This document shows positions 9,617 through 19,365 of a stretch of 64,000 nt of DNA, piece by piece. The stretch's first letter is position 1. Each line of letters opens with the position of its first letter. Source of the stretch: Candidatus Pacebacteria bacterium CG_4_9_14_0_2_um_filter_40_15 (lineage in GTDB: Bacteria; Patescibacteriota; Microgenomatia; UBA1400; PJMF01). Below the pieces are notes generated by a model that was given only the letters and a program-made list of their open reading frames with translations, had not been told where the DNA came from and did not search any database. Made by a program: the position numbers and the translations under genes. The DNA is taken from NCBI GenBank assembly GCA_002788675.1, contig PFRS01000005.1, positions 67,731-131,730 on the forward strand, written 5' to 3'.

Positions 9617-10452
9617 CTACTCACCACACTTCACACAAATATGTTCAAAGTATCCACCAATGCTAATTTGAGCACCATATTTCTCTTTATTTTTTTTAAC
9701 CCATCGGCTTATCCACTCATCTTTATTTGAAAAAATATCGGGAATGCTTAAAAGAAGTATGCCGTGATTACGATTCACTCTATCCATAAGTTCACTAAAT
9801 AGCTGATCAAAAAGAACGGCATACTTTAATAATTCTCTATTAGTTAGATTTCTGTTATCAGGGTTTTCTCGCTCATTCACTAAGTGTGAAACTGAGAATG
9901 GGCCGGCAGGACGACAGACAATACATCATAAGATGGAATATTTCTACTTTCCATATCTTTGGATAAATCTTGCCAAGTTTCTTTATCATATACTGAGCCA
10001 TACACACCTTTTCTTTTTTCGCTTTCTTGAAGAGCCTGTAATTTCTTCTGTGTGGTTTGTAGTTCGATAGCTGAAGCTGTGCCTTGTCGACTGGCGATTT
10101 TTTCTTCAAGATGCAAACTATAATCATCATCTACATCTGCAAGACGCATTGCTGTCATGCTATCAATAGTATCTTACTCATCGGGCTGGATAAAATAACC
10201 GCCCCCCATAACATCAAGTATGTGTGCAGAGCCATGAGCAGCTTTTATGTTTTTTATGAGATCAAGTAAATCTATATATCCAAGTAACTGTAGACTTTCA
10301 GTAAACTCTTGACTATATGATCCAATACCAGTAACACGATCTAACCCATCTACTGGCCATATATCACTGGGTTGACTTCGTACTCTTTCAACGCTTCTTA
10401 CTAGTTTCTGAGGAAAATACTTTTCTGGAATTACTGGTTCTTTGTCAGACAT
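9617..10452 (-). pseudogene. Probable disrupted gene: three consecutive ORF fragments. A and B are in the same frame and separated by a TAA stop; C is in another frame.
   Basis: ORF 10174..10452 and ORF 9880..10158 share a frame and are split only by an in-frame TAA and 15 nt. ORF 9617..9880 follows in a shifted frame. Fragment A carries a possible SAM-MTase-like motif, HILDVMGGGYF; this is weak. Confidence 0.35.
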
Positions 10453-10459
10453 AAATGTA

Positions 10460-11089
10460 TCAATAAATAAGGTACTTTACTCCTATTAACAATGTTGATA
10501 TGACATTCGCAAAAAGTACAAATAAAAGCAATGCTCTTCTATTATTCTCTTTTAAGAAAAATTGAATAAACGTATATTCAAATAAAAGGACGAATAACTC
10601 GTAGACTGCTATTCCAATATTGACATATTTAACGTCAGTGATGAAAAGAGTTAATATATATACCAACGATAAAGATAAGATATTAGAAATTGCTACCACA
10701 GTTAACTTAAGCACTGACCGATACTTTAAAAGAAAGAAGAGAGAGGTTTCAACAAAAACTGTTATAAAAAGAAAAGGAAAAAGATTTTTTAGATGTTCAA
10801 ACACAAATGTGGCAATATTGGGATGAATTAAACAGTATCTTTCTTCACCCCCAAATGAAGAACCGTGACCTGTGAGATACACGTACTCAGGATTATTTTC
10901 ATATTGTTCACACTCATCCATTATTTTAGGTCCAAAGGCTTGTTCAGACTTATAGGTACACTCAACTTGAAGTTGATCTGCAGCACAATGTAATTCAAAC
11001 CAGTCTGGATTGATCACATCGGCTTTTACTGATGCAGGTAGCATCAAAAAACTGAGTGACAATGCAAAAATTAAAAAGTATTTTTTCAT
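10460..11089 (-). CDS. Hypothetical membrane protein with signal peptide, Cys-containing ectodomain and 4 C-terminal TM helices
   Basis: Hydropathy pattern only. Confidence 0.45.
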   Translation of the reverse strand: MKKYFLIFALSLSFLMLPASVKADVINPDWFELHCAADQLQVECTYKSEQAFGPKIMDECEQYENNPEYVYLTGHGSSFGGEERYCLIHPNIATFVFEHLKNLFPFLFITVFVETSLFFLLKYRSVLKLTVVAISNILSLSLVYILTLFITDVKYVNIGIAVYELFVLLFEYTFIQFFLKENNRRALLLFVLFANVISTLLIGVKYLIY

Positions 11090-11124
11090 ATATCAAATAG
11101 AGTTATTCTTGTTAAAACTAACCG

Positions 11125-12294
11125 CTAATTATTAATTGATCCTAATTGCAATGGCTTTACATCAGCAGTAAGCAGGAGTGTATTTATATACTCAGAAATC
11201 ATTGCTTTAAGATCTTCTTGATCAACTGATACTCCTTCTTCAAACGCAACCCAAGGGTCGTTAACCTCTAGATCATCTCCAAATCTACTGCTCCAATTTG
11301 GGGTATCGCGAATTATTTCAAGAACTCGAGCCTCCTCTTTGAGTGCAGCACCTTCTGGTCTGATTAAACCCCAACTATATCGTAATTCATCGGCTATTTG
11401 TAAATGTTTACTTCTAAGCACCTGTTTACCATGTTGCTCAGAAATTGAATGTCGATTAACAACAAGATGAGACAAATGCATCTCTTTCTCACCTTTTGGA
11501 ATAAAATATTTTGCGGTAAAAAGTGGTAAACCATTTTTAGTATCATTAAAAGAAAATGCGAGAGTGTCACCCTTAAAATCGCTATTTAAACGAAAAGATA
11601 AATATCCAATTTCATTAGAAGTTATGATCTCACCTGTGTTTTGTCTTGGCGCCCCCTCTATTAAGGGTAATTGTTGCAAACCCTCAGTAAGCACGTGTCC
11701 AATTTCTTCGTAAATTTGTCCTGCAGGTTGTTGTGGGGCAATAAGTGTTTCTTTTATTAAAGCTGCCTTTGCACCAAATTTTCCATCTAAAGATAAGCTT
11801 GAAGTTGAAGGAAGTGGCACAGTATTATTTCGGTTTCTGTACTTATCCCGCACACTATTTTCAGCAGCATGTATTGCTGCAATTATGCTTTCGCTTGAAC
11901 TAAAATCTCCCAAATATGAAACAAAGTCATTAAAGGGAATTCTAAAAGTTGTCCCATAAAAATGTATTTCTCCACCGACTTCAGTCATAGACCCTAAATG
12001 ATCCACCGTTCTCTCTTTGTTTGGAACAGCAAATGCTACTGTATTGCATTGCCCGTCAACCGCAAAATATAAAGTACCTGCTCTATCAATGTTAGTAACT
12101 TCAATCCAAGTCGGTTGAGCTGATGGCGACAGATTTTCAAGAAGTGTATGTAAATCAGCTGGAGATAAATCTTCAAATGTTTTTCTATCATACTGTGCCA
12201 GCAAGGTTTGTTTTTCGTCTTCAATAATTTCGCCAGAGGTTATTACTCTTTCATCACCCTGAATAGTCACAATTTCATTTATTTGTTCTGTCAT
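11125..12294 (-). CDS. Hypothetical protein (389 aa)
   Basis: Long ORF with no recognisable motif. Confidence 0.5.
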   Translation of the reverse strand: MTEQINEIVTIQGDERVITSGEIIEDEKQTLLAQYDRKTFEDLSPADLHTLLENLSPSAQPTWIEVTNIDRAGTLYFAVDGQCNTVAFAVPNKERTVDHLGSMTEVGGEIHFYGTTFRIPFNDFVSYLGDFSSSESIIAAIHAAENSVRDKYRNRNNTVPLPSTSSLSLDGKFGAKAALIKETLIAPQQPAGQIYEEIGHVLTEGLQQLPLIEGAPRQNTGEIITSNEIGYLSFRLNSDFKGDTLAFSFNDTKNGLPLFTAKYFIPKGEKEMHLSHLVVNRHSISEQHGKQVLRSKHLQIADELRYSWGLIRPEGAALKEEARVLEIIRDTPNWSSRFGDDLEVNDPWVAFEEGVSVDQEDLKAMISEYINTLLLTADVKPLQLGSINN

Positions 12295-12484
12295 GCTTTT
12301 CAGTATATCTTCTTTAAAATAAAAAAGGAATTAGTTAACACATGCAGCGAGTTTATTTAGTTGTTCAAGCGTTTGTAAGGCAATTTGCAGCATTCATGCA
12401 ACCCTTGCAACAACTTGAGAGCTTGGTCCTGATTTCAAGTGATCCAAATAGGACGCATAAAATACCACAACTCAGAAACGGTAG

Positions 12485-14215
12485 TTACTCTAAATCATCA
12501 ACACATAATCGCTGCAGTGCAGCTTTTTGAGTCTCAGTTACTTTGTTTGAATCATATACTCGCAAGGCAACCTTATCTTTTGGCAAATAACGAGTGAGAT
12601 GATAATACATTTTATCTGGAGTAAACACTTTTTCTGGCAAGACCACTCCATCTGGCTCAGATGAAATCACCAGTACATTCTCCTTTTTGAGCAAACAAGG
12701 AGCTTCTGGTTCCTTGATGGTCGTGATTGAAAAATTTTCCAGCTGCCCAATACCATTAATACTATTCACGTCTCGATCAGCTGCTGCAGCTTGGACTACT
12801 TCAGGATTAATCAGATTGTACCAAGCTAAAAAGATGTATACCTGCGTATCACCTTCGCTAATATAGATTTGGTTATAGTCATCTTTTTGAGCATACAAAT
12901 CGACCATAGCCTCCGAATAAAAACCATGCCAGTAAGCTTCAGATTCTTCAGGAAAGAATAAATAATAGTCTCGCAAATAGACTAAATTTGCAAAAATAAG
13001 TATTCCAATAATACCCACTCTAATACTCCCTGAGAGAACTACTGTAGGTACTTTTTGCAGTAACTCAAAAACAATTTCAATTCCCAGCACAATAAAATAT
13101 GAAAGTGCAGGCAGCATCAGTAACGCTCTATTTCCATTTGGTGCACTAATGCTTAGACTTGAAGGAATTGGTGACGCAATGAGCCATACAAAGAAAAACC
13201 ACCAGAGTCCTTTTCTTTTTTTTGAAAATAACCCCAGCAATAAAAAGGGAATAAAAACACTCAACATATAACCTGCGTGCGAAAATGAAAATGCAGGACT
13301 TTGATTATTATTTTTTAAGAGAAATTCAGGACTAAAGTGACTCATATACTGTGTAATAAAGGTATTACTAATGTAGATTCCTTTATTATGAAACACTCTA
13401 ATAAATGGCAAGCCCGTCACCACACTTCTATAAATCCCTTGTTCAACTTCACTGGTAGCAACTTGAGCATCCCAGAAAAAGACTTTTCTTGCTCTATCAC
13501 CTGCGCTTGATGTTAATGTTGAAGCAAGTATCACCGCTATCGAAAGAGCAGCAACTACTATAACTACACCGTTACTCTGAAGATACTTTTTGAGTTCTTT
13601 CTTTGGATACAAGAATACTTCATGCAAAATAATAAGAACTGGAATGAATACTCGAGCAGAATTGTAGGTATACATAGCTATTGTAAAGAAAAGAATACCT
13701 AGTAATCGCTTTTTAAGTGATTTTACTTCACCAAAGAAAGCTAATCCCATCAGCATAAAACTGAGTGAAACCATGGGATCAAACGCTATGCGACTATAAT
13801 GCATGTGCCAAGGAGAAAGCGCTAACACTACTGCACCCACAATTGCTGCAAACACTCCCGATTTTTTCTTTAAAAAGAAATAGAAACCAACAATTCCTAA
13901 ACTTGCTAAAAGTACCACTGGCAAACGTGCCGAGAACTCAGAAACAGAAAAAGTTTTAAAAAAAGGAATCATGGCATAACTGAGTAATGCTGGCTTATAA
14001 TCACCAAACGCTTTTAGAAACAAAGGATGTGAGATATTCCATTCGTCTTTGCCGGTGAGCATGATTGAATAAGCGTTATATGCGTATGAAGCTTCATCCC
14101 ATTGAAATCCCCAGGGTATATCGCCCAAAAGAAACACTCGTAACACCAATGCAAAAATAAAAATACCTAGAGGTAACCAAAATTTTTCTAGTATTTTTGT
14201 ATGCATAGGTACCAA
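12485..14215 (-). CDS. GT-C family glycosyltransferase (PMT/ArnT-like, GT39/GT83)
   Basis: Polytopic N-terminal domain with a first-loop DE motif (FQWDEASYAY). 576 aa. Confidence 0.7.
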   Translation of the reverse strand: MVPMHTKILEKFWLPLGIFIFALVLRVFLLGDIPWGFQWDEASYAYNAYSIMLTGKDEWNISHPLFLKAFGDYKPALLSYAMIPFFKTFSVSEFSARLPVVLLASLGIVGFYFFLKKKSGVFAAIVGAVVLALSPWHMHYSRIAFDPMVSLSFMLMGLAFFGEVKSLKKRLLGILFFTIAMYTYNSARVFIPVLIILHEVFLYPKKELKKYLQSNGVVIVVAALSIAVILASTLTSSAGDRARKVFFWDAQVATSEVEQGIYRSVVTGLPFIRVFHNKGIYISNTFITQYMSHFSPEFLLKNNNQSPAFSFSHAGYMLSVFIPFLLLGLFSKKRKGLWWFFFVWLIASPIPSSLSISAPNGNRALLMLPALSYFIVLGIEIVFELLQKVPTVVLSGSIRVGIIGILIFANLVYLRDYYLFFPEESEAYWHGFYSEAMVDLYAQKDDYNQIYISEGDTQVYIFLAWYNLINPEVVQAAAADRDVNSINGIGQLENFSITTIKEPEAPCLLKKENVLVISSEPDGVVLPEKVFTPDKMYYHLTRYLPKDKVALRVYDSNKVTETQKAALQRLCVDDLE

Positions 14216-14353
14216 TCTAACACTCTTTTCTAAAATGTAGATCTATCTTATCAGTCTTTTATCTATCTAGTCGAGAAGCATAACCAAAAATCTGTCACAA
14301 CAATCTTTATTGCCCATTGACCGCTTCGGGTTTGCTTAGTGTAGTATGGAAGC

Positions 14354-14599
14354 ATGTACCAAACAATACACGAACCTATCTGGGTAGTTGGCATCTACAA
14401 AAATGCACAATTTATTCCTAAGAAGTTCAAGTGGAAAGATCAAGAACTCTACATTTCTGAAATCACCCTTTCCAATAACGTCAAAGACGGCGCTATTCTT
14501 AAGCGGTGGTACAGTGTTATAGCAGAAAATAATCTGTACCGGATCGAGTTCAATCGCACATCAGAACAGTGGCAGTTACTAGAAATTTGGGTGGAGTAA
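14354..14599 (+). CDS. Hypothetical protein (81 aa), immediately upstream of and overlapping dinB
   Basis: ORF only. Confidence 0.3.
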   Translation: MYQTIHEPIWVVGIYKNAQFIPKKFKWKDQELYISEITLSNNVKDGAILKRWYSVIAENNLYRIEFNRTSEQWQLLEIWVE

Positions 14600-14601
14600 A
14601 C

Positions 14602-15834
14602 ATGGAAAAAACTATTCTACATGTCGATATCAACTCCTACTTTGCCACTATGCTTCAGCAGGAAAATCCAGCCCTTCGTGGCGTGCCGGTAGGTGTTGTT
14701 AAAGATGCAGGCAGGACTTGCCTTATTGCGACAAGTAAAGAAGCCAAGCTGCAGGGTGTTTCAACCGGATTTAGAAAAAAAGATGCACTCCAAATCTGCC
14801 CTAACATTATCTGTGTCCCAGCTTCATTCGAAAGATACCTAGACACCACCAAACGCCTGCAAAAGGTCTTTGCCAGTATCTCACCCTCCATCTATATATA
14901 CTCGCTCGATGAAGCATTTATCGACATTACCGACTGTCGCAAACACCTCTATCCCGATGTGCACCTCCTTGGAAAAAATATTCAAGAACACATTAAAAAT
15001 GAGCTTGGTAGTTGGGTTACCTGCAATGTTGGCATTGCCAACAACCGACTTATGGCAAAAATGGCCAGTGAAGTTGCTCCCAAGGGGGACATTATTGAAG
15101 TAACTTCCAAAAACAAAGAAGCACTCTTGGCTTCCACTCCTTTTAAAGATGTCTGTGGCATTGGGTATGGGCTCTCAAAAAAATTGGCTCTCTATAACGT
15201 GTACTATCCTTACCAAATTAGATTCATTCCCGAAGATGAACTGCTGGCACTCGTAGGACCATTCTGGGCCACAGAACTCCAGAAAATTGCGTACGGTGAA
15301 GAGCCACATGGCCTCTCACAACTCGACAGAGAGCAACCCCATATGAAAAGTGTTGGACGATCGATAACAGGGTATCGTCTTTACTCTGATCCAACTGAAA
15401 TTAAGCATATTTTACGTAATCTCTCACTTGAAATTATAGAAAAGGTAAGAACTATGCACCTAGCTGGTAGACATATCAGCATTGGCCTGTATGGCCAAGC
15501 TGACTCTTGGTCGACGCACATAACTCTACAATCACCCACTAATCATGTTTTTGAGTTACTCACTCAAGTAGACAAACTCTATGATCAATGGGACCACTCA
15601 TTTAAAGTTATTAAGTTTTCAGTTCGACTTTCACTACTGCATCCGCAGCAACAGGATCAGCTGCTACCTGCATGGCAGAAACTGGAATCTGTACAAAAAG
15701 CATTGGATACCATTAATTCTAAATATGGACGTTTTACCGCTCACCCTGCAGCAGTTCCGGCTCAAAAGGACCTGATCCATCCTGAAGTAACTGGATTTCT
15801 GGGAGATCGTCTGTATCAGCTGAGCACAGAATAA
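14602..15834 (+). CDS. dinB: DNA polymerase IV (Y-family)
   Basis: The N-terminus ILHVDINSYFATMLQQENPALRGVPVGV matches the DinB palm motif. Start is taken at MEKTIL; the ORF track begins at 14569. Confidence 0.8.
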   Translation: MEKTILHVDINSYFATMLQQENPALRGVPVGVVKDAGRTCLIATSKEAKLQGVSTGFRKKDALQICPNIICVPASFERYLDTTKRLQKVFASISPSIYIYSLDEAFIDITDCRKHLYPDVHLLGKNIQEHIKNELGSWVTCNVGIANNRLMAKMASEVAPKGDIIEVTSKNKEALLASTPFKDVCGIGYGLSKKLALYNVYYPYQIRFIPEDELLALVGPFWATELQKIAYGEEPHGLSQLDREQPHMKSVGRSITGYRLYSDPTEIKHILRNLSLEIIEKVRTMHLAGRHISIGLYGQADSWSTHITLQSPTNHVFELLTQVDKLYDQWDHSFKVIKFSVRLSLLHPQQQDQLLPAWQKLESVQKALDTINSKYGRFTAHPAAVPAQKDLIHPEVTGFLGDRLYQLSTE

Positions 15835-16033
15835 ACCCATAATTATTGAATAATCTAGCAGGATGCAGTATACTACCGCCTTCTTTCGTACTTGCCTGCA
15901 ACACATGCAAAAAGCACGTACAAAAGATTTTCTTTAACATGTCGCTCTGTTTTTTAAAAACTGGGCTGCTCATTTAGGAGATACAACTGTGTATCTCTTA
16001 TATTAGGCAGTCTAGTTTTAGGAGAAATAAGTT

Positions 16034-16534
16034 ATGAAAATGAAACATCTTTTTTTGTTAGTAGTGGTAATTTTTATCATGGCAGGATGCCAGGCAGCTG
16101 ATGCATTTGAAGCAAGTGCAACAGCAATTGCTTCGACACCGCAGCCAACCACCACAACGTTCCCTCCAACCACGACTCCAGTTGTCCCTGTTTGGTCAGA
16201 ACCAATAGAAGTTGGGCGAGGTCAAGTAGTTTCACTAACTTACCTGAAGGGTAATGGTGAAACTGTGGCCATTAAACTGGATGATCATTTGCGTCCAGGA
16301 GAGCAACTAAACTGCTTTCCATTAGACGTGGCACACAACATGCCTGGATATATCCAGACACCCGAACGCTGCCAAACAGAGCCGGCCGTGCATTTTCTTA
16401 AGTTTACGACGAACGTGAATGCCCAGGCCCCATCTGAAATACCCGTGAAAATTGAAATTTTGGCGGGACTAAACTCCATGAAGGTGTCATTTGACACTAA
16501 TCAATGGAGTCTTTTATCAGTTAGCCCAGAATAA
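16034..16534 (+). CDS. Putative lipoprotein
   Basis: Signal peptide with lipobox-like IMAGC, followed by a Thr/Pro-rich linker. Confidence 0.5.
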   Translation: MKMKHLFLLVVVIFIMAGCQAADAFEASATAIASTPQPTTTTFPPTTTPVVPVWSEPIEVGRGQVVSLTYLKGNGETVAIKLDDHLRPGEQLNCFPLDVAHNMPGYIQTPERCQTEPAVHFLKFTTNVNAQAPSEIPVKIEILAGLNSMKVSFDTNQWSLLSVSPE

Positions 16535-16542
16535 TTGATTGC

Positions 16543-16574
16543 TGTGTGGGGGCGCACGCGTGCGCCCCCACACA
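16543..16574. repeat. 32-bp perfect GC-rich palindrome TGTGTGGGGGCGCACGCGTGCGCCCCCACACA
   Basis: Read directly from the sequence. It lies between the lipoprotein stop and the GNAT gene, and no T-run follows. Confidence 0.8.
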
Positions 16575-16641
16575 CTTCATCACTTCTCAAAAAATAGAGC
16601 GACATACATACTCATCCCCTACAGTTTGCTACAATATAAAA

Positions 16642-17223
16642 ATGCAATCATCATCCATTGAAATTAATACGTATACTTCTCTCAACCCTAAACAGTTAAA
16701 CGAGATTTCCCTTTTCAAAAAAGAGAACCCCGGGATGCGGAACGCAACACGCACTTTTGAAGAAATACAAACACACGGTGATAAGTATTGCAGTGATGCC
16801 GATATCAAAAAATGGATTCTAGCTACAAAAAATGACCAAATTGTAGGGATAATAGCCGTTTTCCAACGAACTATCACGTTTCAGAACACAGACGTTCTAC
16901 TCGGTGGAATTGGTAAAGTGAGAGTAGCCGTAAACCAGCGAAAACAAGGCATTGCCAGTAAAATGATGAAAGCTGCTATGCAAGAACTGGATACACAAAA
17001 AGCTGAAGTTGCCTATTTGTGCACAAATTTAGATTCTTTTTTAGCAGAGTGGTACGGTAACTATGGTTTTGTTCCACTAGCTAAGCCATATACCTATCTT
17101 GGACTCAGTGGAAAAAAATACACCGAAACAGATGGCATGATTGCTCCAATTACCTCTCAGAAGATTTACGAAATGATACTCACCAGCTCTGAAATACTTA
17201 ATCTGGGAACCGGGAATTGGTAA
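16642..17223 (+). CDS. GNAT family N-acetyltransferase
   Basis: Acetyl-CoA motif VRVAVNQRKQGIASKMMKAA. The start is moved to the Met at 16642; the ORF-track start at 16546 reads through the palindrome. Confidence 0.6.
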   Translation: MQSSSIEINTYTSLNPKQLNEISLFKKENPGMRNATRTFEEIQTHGDKYCSDADIKKWILATKNDQIVGIIAVFQRTITFQNTDVLLGGIGKVRVAVNQRKQGIASKMMKAAMQELDTQKAEVAYLCTNLDSFLAEWYGNYGFVPLAKPYTYLGLSGKKYTETDGMIAPITSQKIYEMILTSSEILNLGTGNW

Positions 17224-17236
17224 TCAAAAAAAACTC

Positions 17237-18013
17237 TTAAAAAAGTGTTACTGAAAATTTTGATGATGCCCAAACTTTTTCCTGCTCTAAAATCAAAAAT
17301 GCAACGTCAAATTGCTCCGCACATTTTTCAACTAACTCAAGCGGCACGATATTAAGCAACGTTGCTAACCCATCCGCCGTCTGCGCATTTTGTGCTAAAG
17401 TAAACACCGAACGTTCAGAAAGAATCGATGTACCTGTCTTCAAATCAATCAGATGATTACTACTATTCCAACTTCGTTTAAAAGGGCTCGAAGCAGCGAG
17501 AGCTTGGCTCTGTAGTTCTACAGTACCAATAGCTGTGTCAAACTCTTTAGGGTGTTCAAGCGCAACAGTCCAGGGTTTGCCCGAAGCTTTTTGGGTCGCA
17601 AAAATATCTCCCCCAGCGTTAACAAGAAAATAGCTATATCCAGATGTTTTCAAGTACTCAGAGACAATATCAATAAGCCTTCCTTTCCCAAAAGCACCAA
17701 AATCAATACCTTGAATTCCTTGTCCATACCCCATTTCACCTAGGTGTTTACCAACAGCACAAGAAAAATGACCCTCAGAAACATTTTGAAGCTTGGTACC
17801 AAACGCAAGTAACGCGAAAAATTCAGAGTTCAAAGGAATACTAGCATCAGCATTATATTTACTCACAAGACTGCTTGGCTTAAATCGAGAAAAACTATTT
17901 TCAAAATCTTGAACAAGTGCAATCACTTGCTTTGAAACAGATTCAAAATCAAAGGACTCATCAAAAAGGATCCGCCACTGTGTTCCAAGAGCATCAAAGA
18001 TAATTGGAGGCAT
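17237..18013 (-). CDS. apbE: FAD:protein FMN transferase (ApbE family)
   Basis: DFGAFGKGRLID matches the ApbE DxGGIAKGY motif. ADGLATLL matches the C-terminal Mg/FAD motif. Confidence 0.7.
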   Translation of the reverse strand: MPPIIFDALGTQWRILFDESFDFESVSKQVIALVQDFENSFSRFKPSSLVSKYNADASIPLNSEFFALLAFGTKLQNVSEGHFSCAVGKHLGEMGYGQGIQGIDFGAFGKGRLIDIVSEYLKTSGYSYFLVNAGGDIFATQKASGKPWTVALEHPKEFDTAIGTVELQSQALAASSPFKRSWNSSNHLIDLKTGTSILSERSVFTLAQNAQTADGLATLLNIVPLELVEKCAEQFDVAFLILEQEKVWASSKFSVTLF

Positions 18014-18028
18014 GTGTACTTTTATAGA

Positions 18029-18457
18029 TTAAAACTGAGCAACAGCATCTTTAAATGCTTGAGTTGTATTACTTGCTCCAGCAACAGTATCAATTTGAGC
18101 GAGTTCAGCAACTTTTTTACCCACAAATGTTTGCTTCATCTCAGAGATAAATTTTTCTTGATACAGCTTACTCGCTTCATTGGTAGTATCAATGGTCATC
18201 TCAAAGCTTGTTACCGTACTGCCATCTACACCAAGAGTAATGGTGTTTGTTTCGTCACCAGCTGGAGAAACATAGGCGACCTCGATAGAAAACATGTCAC
18301 CATCTTTTGTCCAAGGACTTTCTGCGACTTCAACCTGCTCTGTTTCAGCCGGCTTCATGAAAGTAGATAAAATAGAGCTATCACTAATTGAAATGCCCAA
18401 AAAAACGCTTACAACAATAACTAAGATTGCACTAAACATCCACACATTTTTTGACAT
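18029..18457 (-). CDS. Membrane-anchored extracytoplasmic protein with an FMN-binding-domain-like C-terminus; a candidate ApbE substrate
   Basis: N-terminal TM anchor. The C-terminal DTVAGASNTTQAF resembles the flavinylation motif D-x-x-(S/T)-G-A-(T/S). Confidence 0.45.
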   Translation of the reverse strand: MSKNVWMFSAILVIVVSVFLGISISDSSILSTFMKPAETEQVEVAESPWTKDGDMFSIEVAYVSPAGDETNTITLGVDGSTVTSFEMTIDTTNEASKLYQEKFISEMKQTFVGKKVAELAQIDTVAGASNTTQAFKDAVAQF

Positions 18458-18497
18458 AGCTTTACTCCTTTTATTTAGGTCTGAATTTCATTATAGT

Positions 18498-19322
18498 ATG
18501 TTTATGAGATTTCTTAAACCAGCTGAAATTACCACACTTTACTTGGTTTTTTTGTACGTTTTAGCAGTTTCGCTTAAGGCTTCCCCTGAATTTCTTATGC
18601 ACGAAGCTATTCGCTTCTCACTCATAGGACTTGGATTTTTGGCACCCACACTTGGCTGGCTCAAATTAAAAAAACAGCATATTCAGTGGGATAATATTTT
18701 AATTACTTTCCTTATTTTGCTCATATTAGCAGACCCAACTGCAAATCACATACTTTCGTTTGCTCTTGGTCTAGGAACTTTTGTAATAAAAGAGTTTGTT
18801 CGCATCCAAAGGCACCCTCTCTTTAACCCTGCTGCAGTTAGTTTAAGTATTCTCTACTTCTTTGGCCTAACCACTACTTGGTGGGGAGTCAGTTTTTCAC
18901 CTCGAGTAACTGATTTTCGCATCAGTGCCGCTATGCTTATAACCCTTCCCCTGGGACTCTATATTATTAAACGATATAAAAAGCTCCCTACACTCATTGC
19001 TACTATTGGCAGTTTCTTAATTGGAAGTCTTGCTCTGGGTCAGCCACTGCCTCTCACCATACTTCTTGAAGGCACGTTTGCTTTCTTCCTACTTATCATG
19101 GCTACCGAACCTAAAACCACTCCTGTGGTAGATGCCGAAGAATGGGTATACGGGATACTACTTGGTGCTTCATTGGCAGCTTGGTTCTCGTTTAAATTAC
19201 CACTTCCGTATCTTTTGAACTTACTGATTCTTAATGCTCTGTTTGGTCTGTATAAATTCATCCAAATTAAAAGAGCAACAGCTCCAAAACCTGCTCCCGC
19301 AGTTTCAGCTCAAACTGCATAG
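18498..19322 (+). CDS. RnfD/NqrB-family-like polytopic membrane protein (stand-alone)
   Basis: Motifs HPLFNPAAV and LLIMATEPKTTP resemble FNPA and FxxATDxVTSP of NQR2_RnfD_RnfE. About 275 aa. The ORF-track start at 18294 overlaps the upstream gene, so the start is taken at MFMRF. Confidence 0.45.
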   Translation: MFMRFLKPAEITTLYLVFLYVLAVSLKASPEFLMHEAIRFSLIGLGFLAPTLGWLKLKKQHIQWDNILITFLILLILADPTANHILSFALGLGTFVIKEFVRIQRHPLFNPAAVSLSILYFFGLTTTWWGVSFSPRVTDFRISAAMLITLPLGLYIIKRYKKLPTLIATIGSFLIGSLALGQPLPLTILLEGTFAFFLLIMATEPKTTPVVDAEEWVYGILLGASLAAWFSFKLPLPYLLNLLILNALFGLYKFIQIKRATAPKPAPAVSAQTA

Positions 19323-19336
19323 AACAGTCCCATAAC

Positions 19337-19365
19337 TTGCTATTGTGATAACTGTGTGTTACAAT
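19337..19365 (+). promoter_or_regulatory. Sigma70-like promoter (TTGCTA-17 bp-TACAAT) with a ~120-nt 5' UTR ahead of the DEAD-box helicase
   Basis: Hexamers and spacer read directly from the sequence. Confidence 0.5.

Noticed and set aside
9617-10452. In-frame TAA between two ORF fragments as evidence of an alternative genetic code or programmed readthrough
   Set aside because: Flanking well-conserved genes terminate with ordinary TAA/TAG/TGA at the expected lengths, and the third fragment needs a frameshift as well. Decay or sequencing error is more parsimonious.
16546-16641. ORF-track N-terminal extension of the GNAT gene (MGAHACAPTHF...)
   Set aside because: It translates the GC-rich palindrome and has no homology. 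The GNAT domain starts at the Met at 16642.
18294-18497. ORF-track start of the RnfD-like gene at 18294
   Set aside because: It overlaps the opposite-strand FMN-binding-like gene by about 160 nt. The hydrophobic protein begins at MFMRF (18498).
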